A stretch of 64,000 bases of DNA from assembly GCA_016795295.1 (NCBI GenBank), contig JAEUHP010000275.1:2195-66194 (forward strand), read 5' to 3'. The position numbers and the translations under genes are program-made. The notes beneath the pieces are model-generated. The model searched no databases. It worked only from the letters and a program-made list of their open reading frames with translations, and had not been told where the DNA came from. Source of the DNA: Planctomycetota bacterium. Its GTDB lineage: Bacteria; Planctomycetota; UBA1135; UBA2386. Positions 52,885-62,509 of the stretch are shown here, piece by piece. The number at the start of each line of letters is the position of its first letter. Positions within the stretch are counted from its first letter, which is position 1.

Positions 52885-54054
52885 TCACGGCCGGCGGAAC
52901 TGCCCGATGCCGACCCGCAGCACCGCCGCGAGATCGGCTCGGCCCGCCGCGGCCACGGCCGCCGCGAGATCCTCGAACCATGCCGCAGCGCCCGCCGGCA
53001 AGGCACCAGGGGCCACCTTGTGGTGCACCTCACCCGCGGCCCAGCGCACCCGCAGGTTGTCGCAGACGACGGCGCCGAGCCCACCCGACCAGTCGAGGGC
53101 CGCGCGCGCCGCGCTGAGCCGCTGCCACACCGCCGCGTCGAGCGCCACCCGCACGGCTCCATCGAGCCCGAAGTGCAGCTCACCGGCCTCGGTCCAGCAC
53201 ACGAACTGGTCGCCGTTGCGGCACGACAGGATCTCGAAGCCACCGGCGAACGGCACCGCGGGATCGCGGCGCGGCACCGGCCGCTGCAGCGTCTGGCCAC
53301 TCTTGCGCCGCGCGGCCTCCAGCATCGCCTGCACCCCACTGCCGCGGTCGGTGAAGGCCTCGCCGCTCGCCAATGGATGGTCGGCGCCGAGCCACGCCTT
53401 CAGCGCGTCGAACGCTTCGCGCGCGAGCCGCGGACCGAACGGATCGGCCAGCACGGTGCGTTCGTCGTCGAGCGCGTCGAGCAACGGCTGCAGCGGCGGC
53501 ACCCGACCCGCCTGCAGCAGCAACACCGCGAGCTTCACCACCGCCCGCGCGTCGGTCTCGGCTGGCTGGTCCGCAGCCGGGGTGCCGAGCAGCTCGAGCC
53601 CCAACCGCGCGTGCACGCGGCACAGCCAGGCCGGATCGGCGACGTGGTCGGCGAACAGCGCGCGCAGTGCGTCGGCCGATTCGGGCAGCTTCGGGGCGCG
53701 ACGGGCCAGACCCCGCAGAGCCGTCGCCCGCCAGTAGAAGTCGCGGTCGGTCGCCCATTCGCGCAACAGAGCCACCACTTCGGGATCGCACGGGGTCGCG
53801 TCGGCGATCGCTTCGAGCAAGGTCGCCGGCAATTGGTTGCGGCCCACGGCCCGTTCGTGGGCGCGCAGCGCCGGCACCGCGGCCGCACCGGCGGCGGCGA
53901 TCTTCTTGCCGGCAGCCAGGCGCATGCCGTAGCGCTGGGCCGTGCAGGCGCGTTCGACTTCCACCGCCCAGTTGGTGGGCGGATCCTGTTGCGGCAGCAG
54001 CGCCAGCAGCGGCGAAGTCACTGCGAGCAGACACAAGACGTGGAGCGGCTTCAC
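52885..54054 (-). CDS. Secreted helical-repeat protein, function unknown
   Basis: The GTG at 54054 gives VKPLHVLCLLAVTSPLLALLPQQ (signal). The protein is A/L/R-rich and helical. The upstream part of the 594-aa track ORF overlaps the DUF3299 gene and is rejected. Confidence 0.45.
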   Translation of the reverse strand: MKPLHVLCLLAVTSPLLALLPQQDPPTNWAVEVERACTAQRYGMRLAAGKKIAAAGAAAVPALRAHERAVGRNQLPATLLEAIADATPCDPEVVALLREWATDRDFYWRATALRGLARRAPKLPESADALRALFADHVADPAWLCRVHARLGLELLGTPAADQPAETDARAVVKLAVLLLQAGRVPPLQPLLDALDDERTVLADPFGPRLAREAFDALKAWLGADHPLASGEAFTDRGSGVQAMLEAARRKSGQTLQRPVPRRDPAVPFAGGFEILSCRNGDQFVCWTEAGELHFGLDGAVRVALDAAVWQRLSAARAALDWSGGLGAVVCDNLRVRWAAGEVHHKVAPGALPAGAAAWFEDLAAAVAAAGRADLAAVLRVGIGQFRRP

Positions 54055-54068
54055 GCGGCGACCTCGGT

Positions 54069-54473
54069 TCACTGCACCACGTCCGCGTCGATCTGGTAGA
54101 GCATCACGACCACACCCTCTTCCTTGACCTCGCCAACGTAGAACTTGCCCGTGACCGAGACGATGCCGGGCTTGATCTCCATGGTCTGCCCCTCGGGCAG
54201 GGTGCAGAACACCACTTCGTTGAGCTTCGGCGTGCCATTGCAGCCGCAGGCTTCGTTGATGATCAAGAACTGGTTGACCGGGTTGCTGCCCGGGGTCTCG
54301 CGCATCATGAAGCCGGAGATGCTCACGACCTGCTCGTCGAGGTTGGTGATCTCCTTGGGCAGAGCTTTGCCTTCCTCGTAGGTGTAGCCGGCGAGCACGC
54401 TGAAGCTGGTCTTGATCGGATCGCCGAGCGGGAGCGCGGCGAGCGCGAGCAGGAGGGCGGAGCGCAGGATCAT
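54069..54473 (-). CDS. DUF3299 family protein
   Basis: The ATG at 54473 gives MILRSALLLALAALPLG (signal). ISGFMMRE...NQFLIINEACGCNGTPKLNEVVFCTL...VSVTGKFYVG fits the DUF3299 pattern. Confidence 0.6.
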   Translation of the reverse strand: MILRSALLLALAALPLGDPIKTSFSVLAGYTYEEGKALPKEITNLDEQVVSISGFMMRETPGSNPVNQFLIINEACGCNGTPKLNEVVFCTLPEGQTMEIKPGIVSVTGKFYVGEVKEEGVVVMLYQIDADVVQ

Positions 54474-54657
54474 GGTGGGGGCTGGCAGGATAGCAGATCG
54501 ACCGACCGAGACCTCGGGACCGGGAAATCCCCGAACCAGCTCCCCGCCGCATTCCGAACTGCCGGCACAGGGATGGGCGACCGGACGCTGTGCCGCTATG
54601 GTAGCCGTGGTGAGTGTGCCCACAGCTTCGCTGCAGCTGCCGAACGAGTTCGCATCC

Positions 54658-57600
54658 ATGATGATGCAATGCCTTTATCGGAAGGCATTTGCATCAATCC
54701 ATCAGAACCAGGGCGAACTGCTCGCGCGCGGCTCGCTGGAGGCGCTGCTGCAGCTCCACACCTTGTGCCTGCGGCTGGGCTTCGACGTACGACGGCGCTG
54801 GTTGGGCCGGCGCATCCGGGCCGGGTGGCCCCAGCGGCTCGCGGCGCAGAGCTGCCGGGTTCGCGACCTGCTGCGCCGAGGCGATCTGCTCGCCGCTTGG
54901 GAGGCCACCCGTGGCCAGGTGCCCCCGGCCGTCGACGCCGCGGAGCGCGTCGATTGGCTGCTCGCCGCGACCCGCGTGCACTCGCAGCTGCGCGACTTCG
55001 CGACCGCCGACACCCTGCTGGACGAAGCCGAGCACCTGCTGCCTGGCCACCTCGACACACTGCGTGAGCGGGCCTGGAGCCAGCTCGATCGCGACGACGT
55101 CCAAGGAGCGTTGCAGCGCATCGAGGCAGCCATCGCCGCCCATCCCGAGCTGGTCGAGCTGCGGTTGCAACACACCTGGCTCCTGCACGACGCGAACGCG
55201 CCGGGCCTCGGGGCGCAACTCGCCGAACTGCGCCAGCGCTGTGAGTCGCCGCTGCTCGACGGCCTGCACGCCAACCACTGCCTGGAGCACGGCGAGCCGG
55301 CCCAAGCCCGCCAGATCTGGGAGCAACTGCTCGAGGAGCCGCACCACGAACCGCGCATGCGGCGCATGTGGCGGTTTGCCCTGATCCGCACCTGCCGTGA
55401 CCTCGGCGACGACGCAGCGGCGCTGGCCCATGCCGAGCGCGCCGGCCGCTGCGCCGCCGAGGAGGCCGCGCAACTGCGCGCCCACCTGGCGCAGCCGGCT
55501 CCGCGCGGGACCACTCGGGTGGTGCTGCCGGTGCCGTTCGTGCGGCAAGACCACTCGACCTGCTCGCCGGCGACCATGGCCTCGCTGCTGGCGACGTTCG
55601 GGATGCACGTGGACCAGCGCGAGATCGCCCGCCAGATCACCAGCGACGGCACCGCCAGCCACGACGAGCTGCTGTGGGCCGAGCAGCGGGGTCTGGTGAT
55701 GCGCTGGTTCCAGTTCGACGTGGCCGCGGCGCACGCCCTGCTCGACTTGGGCCTGCCGTTCGCGATCACCACCCGCTTCGAAACCTCCAGCCACCGGCAA
55801 GCGGTGGTCGGCTACGACCGCGTCCTGAACACGTTCCTGCTGCGCGACCCAACCGGCAATTTCCGCCGCGAGGTGCCCACGGCGTGGCTGGTGAAGATCA
55901 CCGGACGCGGTGGCGACTGTGCCCTGCTGCTGCCCGCGGAGGTGGCGGCGCGCCACGAACTGCCAGCGCTGCCGATGGCGAACGAAACCAGGGAATGGCT
56001 GCTCGCCAGGGTCGCCTTCCGCGAACACCGCCGGCACGACGCCGAGGCACGGCTGCAGGCACTCGGCGAACTGCCGCCAGGCCCCCTGCGCACCGAGATC
56101 GAACTGCGCCTGGCCCGCGAACGCGGCGATCGGCGGCGGCAGTTGGAGCTGTGGCGCGAACTCTGGCAGAACGCTCCGGACGACGACTACTGGCGCCATC
56201 ACTACGCCGGCGAGCTGCTCGACCAGAACCGCTGGCACGAAGCGCGTGAACGGCTCGAAGCGTGGGCGCCCACCACCGAGTCGCCGTTCGTGTTGCAGAT
56301 GCTCGCCGATCTGTGGCGCGCCGATGCCCGCCGCCGCGGCGACGCCGAACAGACCATGCGCCGGGTGGTGCGCCAGACCGGCCGCGACGGCCGCTCCTGG
56401 CACCGTCTCGCACGCATCGTCGGCGCCGACCCTGCGCGCAAAGAGCTTGCAGTCGAACTCACCCGCATCGCCGCAGGCTTGGCGCCGTTCGACGAGTGGC
56501 TCGCCAGTGAGTACCACCAGCGGCTCTGCAGCCTCGGGCGGATCGACGCAGGACTGCGCTTCCTCGCCGAACGCAAGGTGGTCCGCGGCGGCCGTTCCGC
56601 GGCCATGGCGATGACCTACGCAACCGCCCTGGAAGAGCAGCACCAGCCGGAAGCCGCCATCGAAGTTCTGCGCGCCGCCCTGGCCGGAGACGAGGATGCG
56701 GGCCAGGCCCGGCTGCACTTGTTCGGCATCTTGCAGCGCATGCACCGCTTGGACGAAGCCGAGCAGGTGATGCAGAGTCCGAGCCTGCGACCGATCGACC
56801 GCGCCTGGTGCCAGTACCGTCTGGCGACGGCACGCGGCGACCACCAGGCCGCGCAGCTGGCCCTCAGCGCCTGCATCGAAGCGGATCCGTGGCACGAGAG
56901 CGCCTGGCCGCTGCGGCTCGAACACCTGCTCGAACACTCAGGCGCACCGGCAGCACGCGCGGCAGCCGACCAGCTGGCGGCCAGCGCCGATGCACCCCCT
57001 TCGCTCCGCCTGCGGGTGGTGGAGTTCCTCGAACGGCTCGAAGCCTACGACGCAGCCGATCAGCTCCTGCAGCAGATCTGCGCCGCACACCCGCACGAGC
57101 CGTGGCTGCGCGGTGCGCTGGCGCGGCGCCTCTTGCGGCGCAACCGCACGGCGGCGGCGCGCCCGCTGCTCGACGAACTGCGCATCACGTCGCCCGACTC
57201 GAGCCCGGTGTGGTTCGATCTGGGCGTCCTGGCCCGGCAGGAAGGCGACGTCGATGCGGCCCGTGCGGCGATGCGACGGTCGTTCGAGCTCGATCCGAGC
57301 AACGTCGGCGCGGTCCGCCAACTCTTCGACTGGGCCCCCTCGGCCGAGGTCGCGGCCGAGGACCTGCGGTTCGCCCTGGCGACCCTGATCCAGCGCCCGG
57401 TGCCGCCCGACTTCGACACCCTGGCAGGCCTGCTCGAGCTCCTGCCGACCTTGCCGGCCAGCGAAGGGGCGGCGTTCTTCGCCAAGCTGCAGGAGATCCA
57501 CCCCAACGAAGTGGACCATCGCAGCGCGCACGTCGAGTTCGTGGGGCGCACCGATCCGGCCCGAGCCGCGCAGCTGGCCGAACAGCTGGCTGCCGAGCGT

Positions 57601-59610
57601 CCCTGGCTGTCCGGGCACGCCCTGCGCCACGCCAAGTTCCTGCGCGAGATGGGCCAGCACGAAGCCGAGCGCAGCGTGCTCACGGCGCTGCTGGCTCGCG
57701 ATCCCGGCTGCGCCCAGGCCTACGTCGACCTCGGTGAGTCGTTCGACATCGGCGGCCAGCCCCAGCAGGCCCTGCGCGTGTTCGAGCAGGGGCTCCGGCA
57801 GGTTCCTGGATACGCCGTCCTGCACGGCATGCGCGCCGACGCGGCTTGGCGCGTTGGCCAACGGGAGCAGGCCCTGCAGGCAGTGGCCCGCGCTGCCGAA
57901 CTCGATCCGGACTATCGCTGGGCATGGTCCGCTCGCTGCGAGTGGCTGATCGAACTGGATCGCCACGGCGAAGCACTGGCTCTGGTCGAGCGCCTGGTGG
58001 CGAACCGGCCGCGCGCCGACTTCACGCACGAGCTGCACGCCAATGTGCTCGGGAAACTCGGCCGCCACGACGAACGCATCGCCGCCCTGGAGCGCGCCGT
58101 GGCGCTGCGCCCGCGGCTGGGTTCGACCCGCCTGCGCCTGATCGATGCCCTGCTCGAGATGAAGCGCTTCGACGCGGCCAAAGCGGCGATCGCTTCGGCG
58201 CAGCAGGTGCTGGGCGAACAGCCAGACCTCGCCTACCGGCTGGCGAATCTGGAACGCACCGCCGGCAACCACGCTGCCGCGCGCACCATGCTGCGCGAAG
58301 CCCTGGACCAGCATCCGGACTTCCGCGATGGCTGGGTGCGCTGGATGACCTGGTGCGAGGAGGAAGGCCTCCATCGCGACATCCTGGGCGTGGTGGCCAA
58401 TCCGCCGGCGGTACTGGCCGACTCCGGGGTGCTGCACGGCTACGCAGCCGACGCGCACCTGAAGCTCGGCGACCGCACGGCTGCAGAAGCTGCGTTCCGC
58501 CAGGCCCTGGCAAGGGCGCCCGGCTACGGCTGGGCACGCCTGAATTTGTGCAGCCTGCTGCTCGAACGCGACGCCCCAGCCGAAGTCCTGGAACTGCTCG
58601 GCGACCATGACAACCCCGACGCGCAGCCGTTCGAGAATGCCGCTCTACTGGCGCGGGCGGCCGGGCAGCTCGGCAAGAACGCGCTCGCGAGCCGGGCTTT
58701 TTCCCGACTGTTGCAGCAGCCGGATCCGGACACGAAGGCGCTCGGCGCCGTGGACAAACTGCTGCGCAAGCACATGCCGCGCGACCACGCGGCCCATCTC
58801 GAGAGCCTGCATGCCGCCGCCGAACCCAAATCCGTGTTGCTGCGCAACCTGGCCCGTATCGAGGCCCTGAGCGGCGACGAGAAGCGCTTCTATGCCACGC
58901 TCGGTCGCATCTACGAGTCTCTGGGGCCCGAAGCCGGGATCGTGGTCGCTGCGGAGCTGTTCTCCTCTCTGATCGACGTACTCGCTTCGAAGGGGGTGGC
59001 GAAGTGGGTGGCGCGAAATCGCCCGCAGCAGATTTCTGATCCGGAAACGATGGGCATGCTGATGCGCGTGCTCTACAGCCCGAGTGGGGATGCGCTGAGC
59101 GTGAGCATGTTCCTGGCCCACTGGCGCCGCCCGGATCTGCGCGGCTACATGCTGGCGAACTTCGCGGGCTCCTTGCGGCGGCTGCGTCGTTGGGACGCCA
59201 TGATCGAGGTGGCCGAGTTCGCCCTGCGCGACTTGCCGCACGACCACTCCATCTGGTGGCATCGGGGCTTCTTGGCAGAAGCTGCCTTGCGGCGCCGCGA
59301 CTACGCTTTGGCGCGCAAGCTGTCGGTGATGCCAGTGAGCGACTTCCCAGGCCAGCGCCTGACGGTCTACCAGATCGATCTGCTCGCGGAGCTGAGCGCC
59401 GCCCCTTGGTTGCAGCGCTACAAGATCCTGCGGCGCAGGATCCAAGAACTGCTGGAGCGCTACGACGCAGCGCTGGCCGCCGACCCGAACGGCACCAGCC
59501 CTGCGGATCTGCGGCGTCGCGAGATCCTGTGGCTGGTGCCAGGACCACGCGCCCTGTGTCTTTGCGCTGGCAAGATCGGTCTGAACATCCTGCATCTGCT
59601 CCAGACGTGA
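54658..59610 (+). CDS. Giant TPR-repeat protein with embedded C39-like (papain-fold) cysteine peptidase domain
   Basis: About 1650 aa. There are dozens of TPR-like repeats. At about 55515-55900: VPFVRQDHSTCSPATMASLLATFG ... SSHRQAVVGYD ... LLRDPTG, giving Gln/Cys/His/Asp in C39-like order. The start is uncertain: the ATG at 54658 or the ATG at 54598. Confidence 0.75.
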   Translation: MMMQCLYRKAFASIHQNQGELLARGSLEALLQLHTLCLRLGFDVRRRWLGRRIRAGWPQRLAAQSCRVRDLLRRGDLLAAWEATRGQVPPAVDAAERVDWLLAATRVHSQLRDFATADTLLDEAEHLLPGHLDTLRERAWSQLDRDDVQGALQRIEAAIAAHPELVELRLQHTWLLHDANAPGLGAQLAELRQRCESPLLDGLHANHCLEHGEPAQARQIWEQLLEEPHHEPRMRRMWRFALIRTCRDLGDDAAALAHAERAGRCAAEEAAQLRAHLAQPAPRGTTRVVLPVPFVRQDHSTCSPATMASLLATFGMHVDQREIARQITSDGTASHDELLWAEQRGLVMRWFQFDVAAAHALLDLGLPFAITTRFETSSHRQAVVGYDRVLNTFLLRDPTGNFRREVPTAWLVKITGRGGDCALLLPAEVAARHELPALPMANETREWLLARVAFREHRRHDAEARLQALGELPPGPLRTEIELRLARERGDRRRQLELWRELWQNAPDDDYWRHHYAGELLDQNRWHEARERLEAWAPTTESPFVLQMLADLWRADARRRGDAEQTMRRVVRQTGRDGRSWHRLARIVGADPARKELAVELTRIAAGLAPFDEWLASEYHQRLCSLGRIDAGLRFLAERKVVRGGRSAAMAMTYATALEEQHQPEAAIEVLRAALAGDEDAGQARLHLFGILQRMHRLDEAEQVMQSPSLRPIDRAWCQYRLATARGDHQAAQLALSACIEADPWHESAWPLRLEHLLEHSGAPAARAAADQLAASADAPPSLRLRVVEFLERLEAYDAADQLLQQICAAHPHEPWLRGALARRLLRRNRTAAARPLLDELRITSPDSSPVWFDLGVLARQEGDVDAARAAMRRSFELDPSNVGAVRQLFDWAPSAEVAAEDLRFALATLIQRPVPPDFDTLAGLLELLPTLPASEGAAFFAKLQEIHPNEVDHRSAHVEFVGRTDPARAAQLAEQLAAERPWLSGHALRHAKFLREMGQHEAERSVLTALLARDPGCAQAYVDLGESFDIGGQPQQALRVFEQGLRQVPGYAVLHGMRADAAWRVGQREQALQAVARAAELDPDYRWAWSARCEWLIELDRHGEALALVERLVANRPRADFTHELHANVLGKLGRHDERIAALERAVALRPRLGSTRLRLIDALLEMKRFDAAKAAIASAQQVLGEQPDLAYRLANLERTAGNHAAARTMLREALDQHPDFRDGWVRWMTWCEEEGLHRDILGVVANPPAVLADSGVLHGYAADAHLKLGDRTAAEAAFRQALARAPGYGWARLNLCSLLLERDAPAEVLELLGDHDNPDAQPFENAALLARAAGQLGKNALASRAFSRLLQQPDPDTKALGAVDKLLRKHMPRDHAAHLESLHAAAEPKSVLLRNLARIEALSGDEKRFYATLGRIYESLGPEAGIVVAAELFSSLIDVLASKGVAKWVARNRPQQISDPETMGMLMRVLYSPSGDALSVSMFLAHWRRPDLRGYMLANFAGSLRRLRRWDAMIEVAEFALRDLPHDHSIWWHRGFLAEAALRRRDYALARKLSVMPVSDFPGQRLTVYQIDLLAELSAAPWLQRYKILRRRIQELLERYDAALAADPNGTSPADLRRREILWLVPGPRALCLCAGKIGLNILHLLQT

Positions 59611-59616
59611 ACCCCT

Positions 59617-61404
59617 TCAGCCGAGCCGACGCATCGAAACCCGCAGCCACAGACCCGCAGCCAGCGCCCCGCCACCGCACAGCGCCGCCCGCCCGTAGGC
59701 TCCGAACAGCAACGCTCCCACTGCCGGCAATGTCAGCCACACCACCGCGGTGCCGAGCAACGCACACCCCACACTGCGTCCGAGGCCGCGGTCGGGCACC
59801 ACTTCGGGAGCGTGCAATGCCACCGGCCCCCAGCCAGGCCCGCCGGGGCGGACCCGCCGGTAGAACGCCACCAAGTGCGCCATCGGCTCGGGCGGCGTCA
59901 CGAACGTCACCGCAACCCACACCAGCAGCGACCCGGTAGCCACCAGCAGGCTGGTGTACTGCTCCGCGATCGGCAGCGGGAACCACAGCAACAGCCCGAA
60001 GCCCAGCAGCGACGCGAGCATCGCCGCCAGTTCGCTCCACGCCGACACCCGCCACCAGAACCAGCGCACCAAGAACACCGAGCCGAGCCCGCCGCCGAGC
60101 GCGGCCAGGTACGCCCACGACTTCTCGGGCGGGATCCGGAAGTGCAGCATCAGGAACGCAGTGACCCCACCGAGCACCGTGACCACCAGCGAGGCCCACC
60201 GCGAGGCCCGCACCAGTTGCCGCTCGCTGGCGCCGGGAGCCAGGAACCGCCGATGCAGGTCGTTGACCAGATACGACGCGCCCCAGTTGGTCTGGGTGCT
60301 GATCGTCGACATGTACGCCGCCGCGAACGTCACCAGGAGCAGCCCGCGCAGCCCCGACGGCGCCAGTTCGCGGATCAGCAGCGGAAACCCGATCCCCGGA
60401 TCCGGCTTCTGCTGCGCCGGATCGGCGAGGGCGTACTCGCGCAGTTCGGGATGCAGCGCCAGCGCCGCGAACGCCACCAGGAGCCACGGCCACGGGCGAA
60501 TGCAGTAGTGCGCCACCTGGAACAGCAGCGTGGCGCGCAATGCATCGGTCTCGCTGCGGCACGCGGCCATGCGCTGCACGATGTAGCCGCCGCCACCCGG
60601 CTCCGCACCCGGATACCAGGTCGCCCACCATTGCCCGAGCACCAGCGCCAGGAACACGCCGATCGGCAGCCACGAGGCGTCGCCGAATTCGGGCACGAAG
60701 TCGAACAGCTGCGTGCCGCCGAAGTTCGCCGCCGCGCGCTCCTGCAGCGCGCCCATGCCGCCGACCGCGTCGACGGCGAGCCACGCCAGCGCCACGCAAC
60801 CGACCATCGCCAGCACGAACTGCACCGCGTCGGTCACCGCAACCCCCCACATGCCCGACAGCATGCTGTAGGCCGCCGTCACCGCGAGCAACACCGCCAC
60901 CAGCAGCAGATCCGTGTGCGCGTCCTGCGGCATGCCGTGCAGCACCGTCTGCCGCAGCACGGTGACCATCGCGTAGGTCACCCAGCCGATCACGAACGAA
61001 TTGACCACCGTCGCCACGTAGACGGCGCGGAACGCCCGCACGAACGCGGCGATCTTGCCGCTGTAGCGCAGTTCGACCAGTTCGACGTCGGTGAGCACTT
61101 CGGCCCGCCGCCACAGCCGCGCGTAGACGAACACGGTGAGCATTCCGCCGAGGGCGAACGCCCACCAGAACCAGTTGCCGGCGAGGCCGTTCTTGGCCAC
61201 CAATCCCGTGACGGCGAGCGGGGTGTCCGCGGCGAACGTCGTGGCCACCATGGAGATGCCGGCGAGCCACCACGGCAGGTTGCGGCCGGAGACGAAGAAC
61301 TCGACGAAGCTCTGGCCCGCGCGCCGCCGGTACCACAGGCCGATGCCGAGCGAGACGGCGAAGTAGGCGGCGATGATCGCCCAGTCGAGTGCGGACAGTG
61401 GCAT
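59617..61404 (-). CDS. Sodium:solute symporter family (SSF) transporter
   Basis: The ATG at 61404 gives MPLSALDWAIIAAYFAVSLGIGLWYRRRA...FFVSGRNLPWWLAGISMVATTFAADTPLAVTG. About 13-14 TM helices. Confidence 0.85.
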   Translation of the reverse strand: MPLSALDWAIIAAYFAVSLGIGLWYRRRAGQSFVEFFVSGRNLPWWLAGISMVATTFAADTPLAVTGLVAKNGLAGNWFWWAFALGGMLTVFVYARLWRRAEVLTDVELVELRYSGKIAAFVRAFRAVYVATVVNSFVIGWVTYAMVTVLRQTVLHGMPQDAHTDLLLVAVLLAVTAAYSMLSGMWGVAVTDAVQFVLAMVGCVALAWLAVDAVGGMGALQERAAANFGGTQLFDFVPEFGDASWLPIGVFLALVLGQWWATWYPGAEPGGGGYIVQRMAACRSETDALRATLLFQVAHYCIRPWPWLLVAFAALALHPELREYALADPAQQKPDPGIGFPLLIRELAPSGLRGLLLVTFAAAYMSTISTQTNWGASYLVNDLHRRFLAPGASERQLVRASRWASLVVTVLGGVTAFLMLHFRIPPEKSWAYLAALGGGLGSVFLVRWFWWRVSAWSELAAMLASLLGFGLLLWFPLPIAEQYTSLLVATGSLLVWVAVTFVTPPEPMAHLVAFYRRVRPGGPGWGPVALHAPEVVPDRGLGRSVGCALLGTAVVWLTLPAVGALLFGAYGRAALCGGGALAAGLWLRVSMRRLG

Positions 61405-61495
61405 GGCCGCGGAGCGTAGGTGCCGGCGCCGGCGACCGCGACAGGACGCCTGCTTGCAGGCTTGCGCCACGCCCGGTTGCCGCTATCACGGCAGC

Positions 61496-61795
61496 ATGGA
61501 CCTCGTCGAGGTGCAGTTCGCCGCCGCCGGCAAGACCGTGTTCGTCGCCCCGGGCACCACGCTGCTCGCGGCGGCCGGCATGGCCGGCGTCGACATCGCC
61601 ACCGGCTGCACCCGCGGCCGCTGCGGTACCGACGCGCACCACGTGGTCTGCACCCCCGCGACCGCCTTGGCACCGGCCGCCGGGGACGAAGCGGGCACCC
61701 TGGCGCGCATGGGCGTCGGTGCGGATTGCCGCCTGCTCTGTTCGGCGCGTGTTCGGGAAGGTCGGGTGCAAGTGCTGGGCGATGCCATCGGCTGA
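61496..61795 (+). CDS. Small 2Fe-2S ferredoxin-like protein with atypical ligand pattern
   Basis: 99 aa. Beta-grasp-like N-terminus (VQFAAAGKTVFVAPGTTLLAAA), then GCTRGRCGTD (C-x4-C-x2-D) and downstream Cys residues (VVC, DCRLLCSA). Confidence 0.5.
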   Translation: MDLVEVQFAAAGKTVFVAPGTTLLAAAGMAGVDIATGCTRGRCGTDAHHVVCTPATALAPAAGDEAGTLARMGVGADCRLLCSARVREGRVQVLGDAIG

Positions 61796-61873
61796 GCCAA
61801 GGTCGGCCAACCAAGGCCCGGCACCACGGACCTGAAACCTTGATCGCATGTTCGAGCTTGCCATGATGTCCGG

Positions 61874-62509
61874 GTGGACGCATCAACGCGCGCCGGCGCA
61901 CCCCCGAGCAAGGCCCGACGCCTGCGCGATGGCCTCGGCTTCTTCGGCTCGTTCCTGAAGAACCCGGGCTCGATCGGCGCAGTCCTGCCGAGTTCGGTCT
62001 ACCTGTCGCGTGCGCTGATCGGCCGCCTCGACCTGCAGCCCGGCGAACTGGTGGTCGAGTTCGGCCCCGGCACCGGCCCGGTGACCGCCGTGGCGCGCGA
62101 CCTGCTGCCCAAAGGGGCGCGTTATCTCGGCATCGAGCTCGAGCCGCGTTTCCACCAATTGCTGACCAAGCGCTTCCCAGAGATGGACTTCCACCTCGGC
62201 TCGGCGGCCAAGGTCACGGACATCCTGGCCGAGCGCAAACTGCCGCGGCCGACCCGCATCCTCTCCGGCCTGCCGTTCGCGACCCTGCCGCCCGGCGTGC
62301 AGGACGAAGTGATCGACGGCATCGTCGCGTGCCTGCGCGGCACCCACGGTGACTTCCGCACCTTCCAGTACGTTCACGCCTTCGGCATGAAGGCGGCGCG
62401 GCGCTTCCGGGCGATGATGGCCGAGCGCTTCGACAGCTTCGAACGCATCGGGCCAGTCGTGCGCAACGTGCCGCCAGCGTTCGTGCTGCGTTACTGGGGC
62501 GCCAAGTAG
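61874..62509 (+). CDS. Class I SAM-dependent methyltransferase (phospholipid N-methyltransferase/COG3963-like)
   Basis: FLKNPGSIGAVLPSS is the N-terminal motif. The SAM motif I is VVEFGPGTGPVT. Also ILSGLPF. GTG start. Confidence 0.75.
   Translation: MDASTRAGAPPSKARRLRDGLGFFGSFLKNPGSIGAVLPSSVYLSRALIGRLDLQPGELVVEFGPGTGPVTAVARDLLPKGARYLGIELEPRFHQLLTKRFPEMDFHLGSAAKVTDILAERKLPRPTRILSGLPFATLPPGVQDEVIDGIVACLRGTHGDFRTFQYVHAFGMKAARRFRAMMAERFDSFERIGPVVRNVPPAFVLRYWGAK

Noticed and set aside
58022-61864. 1280-aa ORF on the minus strand
   Set aside because: It is antisense to the TPR/C39 gene and out of frame with the symporter gene. It is extremely Arg/Ala/Gly/Pro-rich with no motifs, which is the typical shadow ORF of high-GC DNA. 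Both overlapped genes have clear family signatures.
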